Positions 42,228 to 54,068 of a DNA stretch of 64,000 nucleotides are shown one piece after another. How positions within the stretch are numbered: the stretch's first letter is position 1; the number at the start of each line of letters is the position of its first letter. A model generated the notes under the pieces. It was given only the letters and a program-made list of their open reading frames with translations. It had not been told where the DNA came from and made no database searches. Location of the stretch: NCBI GenBank assembly GCA_951406725.2, contig OX597815.1, forward strand, positions 131,192,001 to 131,256,000, given 5' to 3'. The position numbers and the translations under genes were made by a program. The DNA is from Octopus vulgaris (lineage: Eukaryota).

Positions 42228-42370
42228 AGCTTTCAGATTCCATCTATCAAATCCACTCATAAGACTTTGGTCGACATAGGGCTACAACAGTGACGCATAG
42301 TGCGATTGAATATAAGACCACATAGTTCGGAATCACCCTTCTCAGTCACACAGGCATATACCCGCGCCTA
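42228..42370 (-). mobile_element. Diverged SINE family B
   Basis: CAAATCCACTCATAAGACTTTGGTCG. Confidence 0.6.
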
Positions 42371-42549
42371 CACCTTTCTTCGAAATAAAGTTTAAACTGT
42401 ATTTCAATTACTTTTTATTTCAATAATCACCGTTTGAAATAGTTTCACATCGATATACATTCAAGTAAGGGTAAATTGGAAAATCCATTATAGCACTGAC
42501 TCGATCAGTTCCTAGCGATATCTAAAGAAGGAATTTTTGTATTCCAAAA

Positions 42550-42606
<57 letters not shown>

Positions 42607-42625
42607 CATCATTATTATTTTTATT

Positions 42626-42716
<91 letters not shown>

Positions 42717-42726
42717 CAGACTATGG

Positions 42727-42940
42727 AAGGCGGTGAGCTGGCAGAAACGTTAGCACGCCGGGCGAAATGCTTAGCGGTATTTCATCTGTCTTTATGTTCT
42801 GAGTTCAAATTCCGCCGAGGTCGACTTTGCCTTTCATCCTTTCGGGGGTCGGTAAATTAAGTACAGTCCCGTACTGGGGTCGATCTAATCGACGAGCCTC
42901 CTCCCCCAAAATTTCGGGCGTTGTGCCTAGAGTAGAAAAG
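42727..42940 (+). mobile_element. SINE family A with target-site duplication
   Basis: Full head and body; ATTATATCAGACTATGGA is duplicated on both sides. Confidence 0.9.
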
Positions 42941-44590
42941 ATTATATCAGACTATGGATAATGAAATTATAACAGTTATTATGGTCCACTCTGCATTGTT
43001 GTACCATTGAAGACACGTTGTATTTTACAAACAATACACAAATATTTAAGCGAACTACAATACTCTCTAAAATAAATCAATTATTGCCGCTGAAAGATTT
43101 TTCCGTTTCTTTATGCACAATTTACAATTCAAATTAATTTAAATCTATCCCACTCACTTTACTCAGTGACTCATATAGTAAATCGGTTGGAATAAGTGTT
43201 AAAATACGTTGTTTTAGATGTTTGAAGTATTTCTCAGTACCAAGATATACTTCGACTCAGAATATGTTCAATCATTCTCCCAAGTTCAAATGAGGCGTTT
43301 AATAACAGACCGTCGTAAGTGCAACAACTTAAAAACCGAGAAAAACGCAGTCAAAGTTTTGCGGCTTTCAGAATGCCGTATCTCAGCAAGGAATAAAGCT
43401 GGTTTGGGTCTTAAAATGACCGTGAAGACCTCCTCTAATCATTCCATCTAGGTAAAATTATTTATTTTTGTATGCATCTGAAAGATGAAACAATGACTGC
43501 GTCTTTCTCATTTTGTGGAATATACCAGTGTATCGTATTGCCTTGAATATACCGGTGTATCGCATTGCATATTTTAGCCATATTACCTAGAAAAACATAC
43601 AGAGAACCCCCACCAAAGGTATTGTTTGTGTTTTAATATACCAAGGTAAGTATCTTTAAGAGGTAAGACAAGACAGTAAGATAAATATCCCATTATCGTT
43701 ACGATGGTAACAGGGAATATTGGAAAATGAGCCATACACCTTGAAAAACGATACAGGGACCACACCAAAGTTATTGATTGAGCGAGTGTGTTTACGATGG
43801 TATGTTACTAGACTCTCTGCTCCGAATTTAGGTGAGCGAGCGTCATGCTAATAGCATCGAGATACAATTTTTTTCAGCCAGATTTTCGACCTTATTGTAA
43901 ATCTCACCGGTTCTTCCTCCCAACTTTTTCGGATTCTAGACGTCGAGACAAAGAAAATGATATACTAACCTCGAAAGTGGCCGGGTTGACGCTTACGACA
44001 CTCTGTAACTAAACGCCTCAAATACACTTCACTCCAAAGATTGTAAAATATGACAAATGAGTTATTAAAATTTCGTTTTAACTACAACTGACCCTTGAAA
44101 CCTAATCTATAAATTACACTACTCTAATAACCTTGGATTTCTCAACCAGGAAACCACAAACCTGTAACTGTAGATTAACCACTAATTGTCTCCGTTAAGG
44201 TAAGAACTTATTGTGCATTGTATAACGCGAGATAATAATAGATGTTACATTGACTCTACATCTAACACGCTTATGTAACGCATTACCATGCATTAACATA
44301 CTTATTATTAGAGGAAATTATGCAAGACAACAGCAGTCACAGAATATATGGGGTCTAATATCTAAAAGTAATAGTTTTATGCTGCAATAGAGTATCATAG
44401 CTGCAACTCATGCAAACACAGGAAATAAGAAAGAAATGATTGCATACTTTGTACAATAGAGGTATTCAAAATACTTAGTTGATAAGGAAATGTGTAATAT
44501 CGTGTAAACGAAAAGCTTTCGAATAATTGTTTCTATAGTAATAATTGCAAGAAAATTGATTGTCGGGTCGCAGTTACTAAGCAGCAGTAA

Positions 44591-44964
44591 TCTCTCTCTA
44601 TATAAACGGCAGTTTGTCTGTGCGTGTTTCTGTGTGTCTGTTTGCTTGTACCCTCACCCTGACCACGGCTTTCAACCGATTCTGATGAAACTTGACACAC
44701 ACATAGCCCAATGTCATAATTCAAAACTAACGCAGTGAAAATTTTGAAAAGTTCCGCCAGTTCTGAAAAAAATCGATAAATTCGACATGGGGTCGAGAAT
44801 CAGAAACAGAAACCGCAAACTGTCTAGGGGACGCAACTCCACCTTTTTTTACTCTCAAAAAAAAATTTACCATCATTTTTTGCTATTTTTTGGCTATAAC
44901 TCTCTAAAAATGCTTTATACTTATTTCCCTTACAAACCTGAGCAACGCCGGGCGATACTGCTAG
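44591..44964 (+). mobile_element. Non-autonomous Helitron, complete
   Basis: A|TC..CCTGAGCAACGCCGGG hairpin..CTAG|T; second copy at 26449-26772. Confidence 0.85.
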
Positions 44965-45289
44965 TTTATCTATAAAACGAAAGAATATACTAAATTAAGA
45001 TTTTAATTACTGGGACATAAATAACTAGATAATATGATTTTGCTTATTAGATCTAAGCATATATTATATTGGTACTTTATCTCAAAAATATATACGGATG
45101 AACGAAGGTCTGCGCGGCGATGTATATACATACACATAAGTATATGTGTATGTACGCATATACACATTTACATAACTATTAATGTAGGTTTGGAGAAGAC
45201 TACATTATATACGCATAAATGTATTTAGGTTAAGGTGTACACATACACAGGAGCATACACACACAAACATAATGTATGTCTCTTCTGTA

Positions 45290-45525
45290 TTTAATCATTT
45301 AAATTCTTGCTCAAAAGAAGGAGCTGGTTTCTAACAAAGATACAAAGCTCCATATCTAGAAAGTAGATAACAAAAAACAAGGTCACAATTTTAAACTTCA
45401 GGAAAGTTTTGCATAGTTTTACTGTTCCGCTTATAGATTGTATTTGTAATGTGCGAGTCAGTTGGTTGATTTCTTTTTCTGAAAATCCCAGCTTATCCAG
45501 ACTTACAGGCATTTGCTTACAAATC
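45290..45525 (-). mobile_element. 3' end of an RLE-type non-LTR element
   Basis: LDKLGFSEKEINQLTRTLQIQSISGTVKLCKTFLKF followed by a short UTR. Confidence 0.5.
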
Positions 45526-45539
45526 TAAGTGCTCCAATC

Positions 45540-45942
45540 ATTCTTTTCTACTCTTGGTACAAGGCCCGAAATTTTTAGGGAGGAGGGGGAGTGGACTAGA
45601 TCGACTCCAGTTCGCAACAGGTACTCAATTTATCGACCCCAAAAGGATGAAAGGCAGAGTCGACCTCGGCGGAATTTGAACTTAGAACGTAACGGCAGAC
45701 GAAATACCTATTTCTTTACTACCCACAAGGGGCTAAACACAGAGAGGACAAACAAGGACAGACAAATGGATTAAGTCAATTATATCGACCCCAGTGCGTA
45801 ACTGGTACTTATTTAATCGACCCCGAAAGGATGAAAGGCAAAGTCGACCTCGGCGGAATTTGAACACAGAATGTAGCGGCAGACGAAATACCGCTGAGCA
45901 TTTCGCCCGCCTTGCTAACGATTCTGCCAGCTCGGCGCCTTA
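45540..45942 (-). mobile_element. SINE family A (internally duplicated form)
   Basis: Near-identical in layout to 5745-6131. Confidence 0.88.
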
Positions 45943-46231
45943 AGTACTCCAATTATTTTCTGAATAAAAGTAAATTTGTAACCCGTATGTATGTATGTAG
46001 TATGTACGTACGTATGTATGTATATGTAGATGTGCATATGCGTGGATGTATGGCTATGCATGGACACAAATATGGTTGTATATGTGGATATTTGCACACA
46101 CACATATATATATACGTGTTTGTATATTAGCGTATATATTTGTAAACATATATACACCCCTTAAATAATGCATGCTTATTCATTGTATAAGTTTAAGCTT
46201 CACCCCTTTCTCTCTCTCTCTCTCTCTCTCG

Positions 46232-46277
<46 letters not shown>

Positions 46278-46328
46278 ATGGAGTTAAACGCAGGTGTTTC
46301 CGTGTTAATATATATATATATTAACAGG

Positions 46329-46388
<60 letters not shown>

Positions 46389-46851
46389 CAGTCACACATA
46401 TATTATGTATGTGCAACCTATAGCGGTTACATTACTAAAACTGCTTTTTACTCGTTACACACATACACACTCGCTCTCATGCACAAACACTCACATAATT
46501 ATACATATGCCAGTGTGAACGTGAATATATCACAGTGGGTATGTAAAGATGTATATCTAATGTGTGTATGTATATACATGTAAATGTATGTATATACATG
46601 TAAATGTATAAATATACGTATGTCGCTCTAAGCAAGCACATATGTACGTGCGAACGCGTGCACACCACACACGCACACACACACACACAGACACACACAC
46701 ACACACACACACAACACGTACACACACACACAGAGTCATATATGTTGTTGGCCTCGTGAGAATTTATGAACTTTCAAGAGAACTTGAATTTCTGTTTTTG
46801 GTATTGGATCCTGAAGCACACAACATGCTATAAACAATAGCAAGTAAATAT

Positions 46852-46955
46852 TCTTTTCTACTCTAGGCACAAGGCCCAAAATTTTGGAGGAGGGGGCCAG
46901 TCAATTAGCTCGACCGCAGTACGCAACTGGTACTTAATTTATCGAACCTGAAAGT
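46852..46955 (-). mobile_element. SINE family A 3' fragment
   Basis: TTTTCTACTCTAGGCACAAGGCCC..GCAACTGGTACTTAATTTATCGA. Confidence 0.75.
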
Positions 46956-47199
46956 TAAGGCTAGCTAGAAAGTCACAACTGGTTTCACGTCAGTGGGCGA
47001 TACACGAGACCAGCTGGCTGGAGGCACATAATCTCTTTGGAATTGGGGGTAAAAATATAATCTTGGTTGGCATGGTGGTGAAAAATCTCTAAAACAATAT
47101 TCTTTGAAGCAAAAGCTCTTTCTGGAAGAGATGAAGCTATCTCCCTTTGAACGGTTCGAATTATGTTTGCAAAGGGTGTGTATATGTACACTTTTCTTT

Positions 47200-48440
47200 C
47201 GTTAGTCAGCAAGTGGGAATTTCCACGTTTCCACTACGTATTTTCTATCATGAGAGCACCAGCTAAACACCTCACACTTATGGAAATTGCTTAGCTTACT
47301 CGCACTGTGTGCCGTTATAATTTGCGCGAGGTTTCGGTTATTAGAAATTGCTAGCCTGATTTTATGTTTATTAAACATTTTAAGGTATTTGTTATTTTTT
47401 GCAAAATATTTCTCCAATGCCGAGTAGTACAATCTGGGAATATTGGAAAGAATTTGATTTCCTAAGAAAGTTATATACCACTCGACATTACTAGAGATAT
47501 TTTTACTAGAGAACATTTTGGCATGGTTGCCTGCAGTTTTAGTAAAGTTCATAGTAAAAGTGTTTAACCTATTATCCTGGTTTTTATATTTGAATCTCTT
47601 GCTATTACAGTCATTAATTGTTTGTGCAGTTCTAGTGAACCGCTTCTGATAGTGATTAACTCCCCTATCTGAGTGCGGCCTACTAATGTTTCGATTACTG
47701 AGTTTCTTAATGCCTTATGTGGCATTAATTCTTTAAAATCACAGTCAACTGTCTTAATAGTTGGTTTACGGCTATTTTCCAAGTGTTCACAATTCCTACC
47801 CTTAGCTCTCTCCTTTGTCCTTACTTGGCTCTTAGTTGTTTTCCCCTGTTATCTAATATACTGCGATCATTGTTATGACTGTCCTTTTTACTGCACTTAT
47901 CTATTCTATCGTTATACTTACATATATACATCTATACTTTCAGTTCCTTCGTTATTAATTTACTTACCTTAGTTTCTTAAACTAAGTTTCCTTTTTTCTA
48001 CCTTATTTTCTCACTCTTCTCTCTAACATATTTGTCGATAATGTAAGTCTTAACTTTTGTCAATATACAATCTGCTTCCTATTGTCTCTGTCTCTGGGGG
48101 TATCAATATTACTTTTGACTTTTGACCTAATTAAACGCCCAAAATTTAGCTTGATTTAATTTTCAAGTTCTATTATCTCCACATCTTGCTTCAAAGATGT
48201 CTTATATCAAAGAACAAAGAAGCGGTTTCTCTTAACTCTGTTCTCACCTAACTTTTCATTCCTTTAAGGTGACAATTTGTCACATATATCTGTGGGAACG
48301 ATTATTCTTATTTTTCGTTTGATTTCAAATTAACGCGCTTCTCATGATAAATACCTTTAATGTTTCGATGCAGCAATAAGTTTTGGTTTTTTCCATAATC
48401 TTTCTAAAGTGATATCAACAACTGCCAACATAAAGACTTT
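47200..48440 (-). pseudogene. Highly decayed Penelope-like element
   Basis: WYITFLGNQILSNIPRLYYSALEKYFAKNNKYLKMFNKHKIRLAISNNRNLAQIITAH resembles the PLE RT-EN linker (compare 20500-20680). Confidence 0.55.
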
Positions 48441-48580
48441 AACCTTACTCCTCCCACTCATTTCTTCCTCCTCTCCTCCTACCGTTAAACACGGAAGCAT
48501 GTAGTTGAGAAGTGAATTTCCCTCCCTCATTATAGCCTTGCATGCACTTACTTATATACAAATATATAGATACAAACATT

Positions 48581-48690
48581 AAAGGCGGCGAGCTGGCAGA
48601 AACATTAGCACGCCGGGCGAAATGCTCAGCGGTATTTCGTCTGCGGCTACGTTCTGAGTTCAAATTCCGCCGAGGTCGACTTTGCCTTTC
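48581..48690 (+). mobile_element. SINE family A 5' half
   Basis: AAAGGCGGCGAGCTGGCAGAAAC..GAGTTCAAATTCCGCCGAGGTCGAC. Confidence 0.85.
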
Positions 48691-48692
48691 AA

Positions 48693-48733
<41 letters not shown>

Positions 48734-48795
48734 TTATGTGTGTGTGTGTGTGTGTATACATATATATATACACTGCAATTCTTTATATATATAAA

Positions 48796-49384
48796 GAATT
48801 GCAGCGTGGAAGGTGTTTATAAGCCATTTAAAAACACACTAAAACTGTTAGATTCACTTCAACATCTAAATTTAATTTGCCAAAATATCTTCATCGTTTT
48901 GAGACCGCGACCTGTTCACAGACAAAATTCCGTGCTGCATCTGAGAAAGTAAGTTAGTTCATGATATATATGTACGTATGTATGTTTGTATATACATATG
49001 TATGTGTGCATGTAATTATGTGCATATGCATGTGTACATGTCTATGCATGCATATATGCATGTATGTATGTACGTATGTACTTATGCATATATGTGAGTA
49101 TTTAGGTATGTAAGCGAGCAGAAGTACCTGTGTGTGTGTATATGTGTATGTACATATGAACGTATGTTTATGTGCTGATATGTGTGTCTGTTCAAGTTGT
49201 ATACATGACTGTTACTCTGTCGAAGGTTGTATACTAACTGTTAGTTACTCAGATGCAGCACGGAATTTTGTCAGTGAACAGGTTGCGGTCTCAAAGCGAC
49301 GAAAATATTTTGGCAAATTAAATTTGAATGAAGTGAATCTAACGGTTTTTTGTGTTAAAGAGCTTATAATTCCACGCTGCAATT
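48796..49384. repeat. Diverged inverted repeat (48796-48940 / 49253-49384)
   Basis: GAGACCGCGACCTGTTCACAGACAAAATTCCGTGCTGCATCTGAG pairs with CTCAGATGCAGCACGGAATTTTGTCAGTGAACAGGTTGCGGTCTC. Confidence 0.8.
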
Positions 49385-49454
49385 GTTTTTGTTTCAGCAT
49401 ACGATCTCAGATAAGGTCACTTGCTATGCAAATACATCTCCGTAATATATATAA

Positions 49455-49529
<75 letters not shown>

Positions 49530-49532
<3 letters not shown>

Positions 49533-51015
49533 AAGTATGGGGGTCTAGTTCACAGTATGGGTATGCTAGACAAATGATGTAACGGATTAGCGGGGCTCCA
49601 AGGTTATAGCCGAGACGGTAGTTATGGCGTTATTGCAGATTTCCGATGCAGAGATATATAATTCAACGTCGTATACCGATGCACCATTCACAACATGGTA
49701 AATAAGTCCTGTAGCTACTACATTTGGTTCTAGCACAAATTTTAAACAAAGGTATTATGCATATTTACACTCGTTTAAATATAAGGAGAATAGCAATTCC
49801 ACATCACTAGCCAGCCATCTGTTTAATAGAAAAATACAGTATAAAATTTTCTGGCCTACAATAGACAGGGGTACCCCATATTAGGGCCAGCATTCCAGTT
49901 GTGGACTTTGCTTTTAAGAAGATCTCACAATTTTAATCCACAACTCAACACAATTGCTTAATAAATACAGCAATGCCTTTACTACGTGTAAGCACAAATT
50001 CTCATAAATCTAAACCTAAGCTCAACCCCACATACAAACCCCTATGATCATTAACACATACACCGTCTATATCTCTATAAGTCTTATTTCTACCTTATGT
50101 CTTACCTCATTTCTAACTACCTTACTTTATCACACTATGAGATAAATATTAATTCTTTAATTATCCTTAATTCATTTTAAAATCTTAACCCAATAAATCC
50201 CCTACTATAAACCCTCTTTCTCTAACTCACACTCATAAATAATTTAACATTCAACTAGTTCTTCCTTTCTCGACTACCTACATACCCATAACCACATTGC
50301 TAAAAATAACACTACTGCCACTGACCTTAGCCAGAACGGACACAAGCAATTACTACTAAGTTTTCTTCCCAACAACTTTAGACTTTGAGACTGCTAGACA
50401 TCTACTACACTCTTTAAATTCCTTTCAATTTGCTCTATTTTCTTACCCTATCTTTCTCAACGTCTTCACCCTCTCTCTCATCTTCTCGGCTACCCCGTAC
50501 ACAATTCTTAAACACCATACACCTAAGCACCTTACTTTATCCTATAGCCAATCCTTAAAATCTCCCACCTCACTCTACATCTCTTTTCACTTCTTTACTT
50601 TTACCACTTAATAGCCACCTCCGCTATCATTCTGTTATTGAACGTTGATATGCGTGTGTCATTTTTCTTGGGATGTCTACTATATCAGTTTTTTTAACCC
50701 GCATGAATATACGCAGGATTGCACCTAAGGACACATGCTCTGGTTTCTAAATTTTCGGAAAGTTGAACTATGAACTTTTATGCTTCTTCTTTCTTCTTTC
50801 TTTCCATATCCTTATTCTTTTACTCCCTTCCTCTATGTAATCATCTTATTAATATATACCATTCTCATTTTCCCTATTTGTCTCTGATGACAGAATATTC
50901 CATACTCAGGGATATCCCAGAAACAGGTGTAAGATTTTGAATGTCTTCCCATAATAATATTCTACACGACTTGAGATGTTTGCCTTGCCTTAATGTTAGC
51001 TGTCCTGTTTAACAA
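49530..51015 (+). pseudogene. Decayed PLE 3' part (GIY-YIG remnant + pLTR with hammerhead) in (TA)n
   Basis: GSSTNFKQRYYAYLHSFKYKENSNSTSLASH and CGLC; hammerhead motif at 50878-50936. Confidence 0.65.
50878..50936 (+). ncRNA. Degenerate type I hammerhead
   Basis: TCT-CTGATGA-..-GAAAC AGGT GTA-AGA; canonical core, weakened stems. Confidence 0.6.
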
Positions 51016-51021
51016 TTATAC

Positions 51022-51088
<67 letters not shown>

Positions 51089-51123
51089 AAACAATTATAT
51101 ATATAACTATATTTGCCACCGAA

Positions 51124-51206
<83 letters not shown>

Positions 51207-51211
<5 letters not shown>

Positions 51212-51519
51212 AAAGGGCTTAGTAAAATAAATTACTTTGCCGCATACTGAACTCATTAGAAATAGCAGCCAAAAAAAAAACTTTTTTAAAAACTATCTCC
51301 AATACTTAAAGAAGTATTTTCTTTAAGTATTGGAGATAGTTTTTAAAAAAGTTTTTTTTTTGGGCTGCTATTTCTAATGAGTTCAGTATGCGGCAAAGTA
51401 ATTTATTTGACTAAGCCCTTTTATATAATGTAATAATTTGAATCCGCCTTAAATGGTCCCTTTGTATACTGAATACTTGGTGAAATTGATTAATTAATTA
51501 GTTTTACCCTCAATTGTTG

Positions 51520-51522
<3 letters not shown>
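51207..51522. repeat. Near-perfect fold-back (~105-bp arms, 51207-51423) in (TA)n, related to 12346-12880
   Basis: ..CTATCTCCAATACTTAAAGAA gtatt TTCTTTAAGTATTGGAGATAG.. Confidence 0.85.
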
Positions 51523-51560
<38 letters not shown>

Positions 51561-51564
<4 letters not shown>

Positions 51565-51772
51565 AGAAAAATTGAGGTAATCAGATCAGATGGTTCATAT
51601 TTGTAGATATTTATTTATATATTACATTTTTTACATATATATCATATCATTCGGATTAGCGCTTGCTCCCATTCTAGTGGGTTTTCAAATCAAATCAGTT
51701 GTGGGTAGTTTGAACCTTTTTATAGTTTCGTAGTAGTGGGTGAGGAGGAAGTGAGACAGAGAGAAAATATGT

Positions 51773-51843
<71 letters not shown>

Positions 51844-52851
51844 GCATTTATATCTGAGAGTGAAGAAGTGTTATTTCCGTTGGTCTGCTGGACCCCCTGT
51901 GGTTTTATAAGAACTTTGGCTGTCCATTTCAATGTCACTGAGTGTGTGTTGTGCATAGGTTGGCCTGGCAAATGTCATTTGGGGTCACACTTTCTATGAT
52001 CATTCTGTGGAGGTGTGTGTGTGTGTGTGTGTCTCTGTGTGTCTGTGTGTGTTTTTGTGTGCGTGTGTGTGTGTGTGTGTGTATGTGTGTGTGTGTGTCT
52101 GTGTGTTTGGAGAAGGGGAGAGAGACAAAAAGAGAAAAGGGAAAATAAAAATAATAATAATAAAAATAAAAAATTAAAAAATTAAAAAAATAAAATAAAA
52201 TAAAAACAAAAAATAAAAAATAAAATAAAAAAATATAAAGAATAAATAAAAATATAAAGAATAAAAAATAAAAATAAAAAATAAAAATAAAAATAAAAAT
52301 AAGGGAGGAAGTGGAGAAGAAAAAATATTTTTGTGTGTTGATATTTATACCAACACATATATATACACACACACACAGACTTATACATAAAATATTTGAA
52401 AAAACCTTTTTATCGGTTCAAAATGAACAACCAAATTATACCATCTTGAAAGTTGTATGTCATAGGAAAGTTAAAATTAAAGTGACAATTAAAGGGTAAA
52501 GATGGAAGTGAATTATAAAGATAATAATATAATATGATGTATATAACAGGCAATACACACATCTACACACACACAGATTTTTCCTTCAATGTATGTTGAG
52601 TAAAGTTTCAGCCATTTAATTTGGGGGAGAACTTAGCTATGAAATGTTTTTCCATATTCCTCCTGAAGGGGGTGTCATTCTTCGGACACTTGTAGAAGGG
52701 AAATATCTTAAATTTTCCTTCTCCACATGTAGCTAGGTGTGTGCTTAGTGGTATTTTGCGTAGTTCTTCCTGCCGAATATGTTGTCGGTGGATCCTGGCT
52801 CGCTGGCACAAAGAATTACCAGTTTCTCCTACGTAATTCTCCTTGCATGTG
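51561..52851 (-). repeat. Inverted copy of the element's 3' end (partial GIY-YIG + 3' UTR)
   Basis: ORF 52608-52877(-) repeats TCKENYVGETG..FSPKLNG; the arms differ mainly in microsatellite length. Confidence 0.95.
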
Positions 52852-54068
52852 AAGAAACAAAAACTGACACAAACCAAGAAAAACCTTCAAAACCCCAAGA
52901 CTGGAACAAACTTCTAAACCAACGCAAATATGCTTATTGGAAAAACATACGCTGTAAGAACATAGCCAACATATATCAAAACTGGCGGGACTTGAAGAAC
53001 CCAATACTCCCTAGAAAATTTCTTATCAAAGAAATAAGGGGTGAAACACTAGAAGAAACAACAATACGTGCAAACCTAGCCCTCTGCCGACTAGAAACGG
53101 AAATTTCCCTTCTACAAACACGAAGCACACACCAGGAAGATAAGATTAAAACAATCGATACCGTCATAATGGCCGAGATAACAGAAAGGAACAATAACCA
53201 AAACAAAGAAAAACTACAACAATTATGGAAAGAGGATACCGAACGAGAGGAGGAAAGATCCAGATTTATGTGGACCAAACAACATGAGTGGTTTTTAAAC
53301 TATGAAAAGAACTATGGTGAAGAATCAATTATGAAGACAAAAAAACTACCAAAACAAATGAATAGATACAACAAACTAACACCACAAACATACTGGACTC
53401 CCAGACATCAAAATAAGCCCTACCAAACACAAACCAAAATCCCGCTCCTTACACTGCCGAACCCCCCAATTAACAGATACACAAAATATGAAAGACAACC
53501 ATCAACCCAAAACCCCACAAAAACAAACACACCAACAGCAAGACGAGCACAATACATACAACCAACAACCTATAACACTTGGAGAGAACAAATAGAATAT
53601 GAACAACCACCAACACATAACACTGGACACCCTAAAGGGACACACACATGGAACAATATACAAATGGATAGAAACCAACACATAACCCACAACAAACATC
53701 AAGGAAATCGAAACCACACAAACACCAACCCCATGCAACCCCACAAATTTCCAAGATGGATAAAAAACAACTCCCACTATCAATACAATACAAACACAAT
53801 ACATGAACCATCCACCTACCCACAAAGAAACCTGAACCCCAGTAATAAATATTGGCTCAACCAACACAGAAGATGGGAAGAAAACAACTACCAAAGACAA
53901 AACAACACATACAGACCACACAGACCACCCCAACTACAAGAAAACCTAAGAACTGAAAATGGAATTTGGAGACGTAACAACACAACCCATTTTTTAGGGA
54001 GAGGATACTTCAACCATACTCCAGACCCAATACACCAAAAATTCCGGATGAACTCCCAAAACACATAG
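52779..54068 (+). CDS. PLE ORF1 (5'-truncated; helical N-terminal domain + N/T/Q/P/H-rich region); first ~24 codons come from the inverted arm
   Basis: Uninterrupted 429-codon ORF; complex W/Y-containing, charged helical segment (WNKLLNQRKYAYW..LQQLWKEDTEREEERS..W). Confidence 0.75.
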   Translation: MLSVDPGSLAQRITSFSYVILLACEETKTDTNQEKPSKPQDWNKLLNQRKYAYWKNIRCKNIANIYQNWRDLKNPILPRKFLIKEIRGETLEETTIRANLALCRLETEISLLQTRSTHQEDKIKTIDTVIMAEITERNNNQNKEKLQQLWKEDTEREEERSRFMWTKQHEWFLNYEKNYGEESIMKTKKLPKQMNRYNKLTPQTYWTPRHQNKPYQTQTKIPLLTLPNPPINRYTKYERQPSTQNPTKTNTPTARRAQYIQPTTYNTWREQIEYEQPPTHNTGHPKGTHTWNNIQMDRNQHITHNKHQGNRNHTNTNPMQPHKFPRWIKNNSHYQYNTNTIHEPSTYPQRNLNPSNKYWLNQHRRWEENNYQRQNNTYRPHRPPQLQENLRTENGIWRRNNTTHFLGRGYFNHTPDPIHQKFRMNSQNT

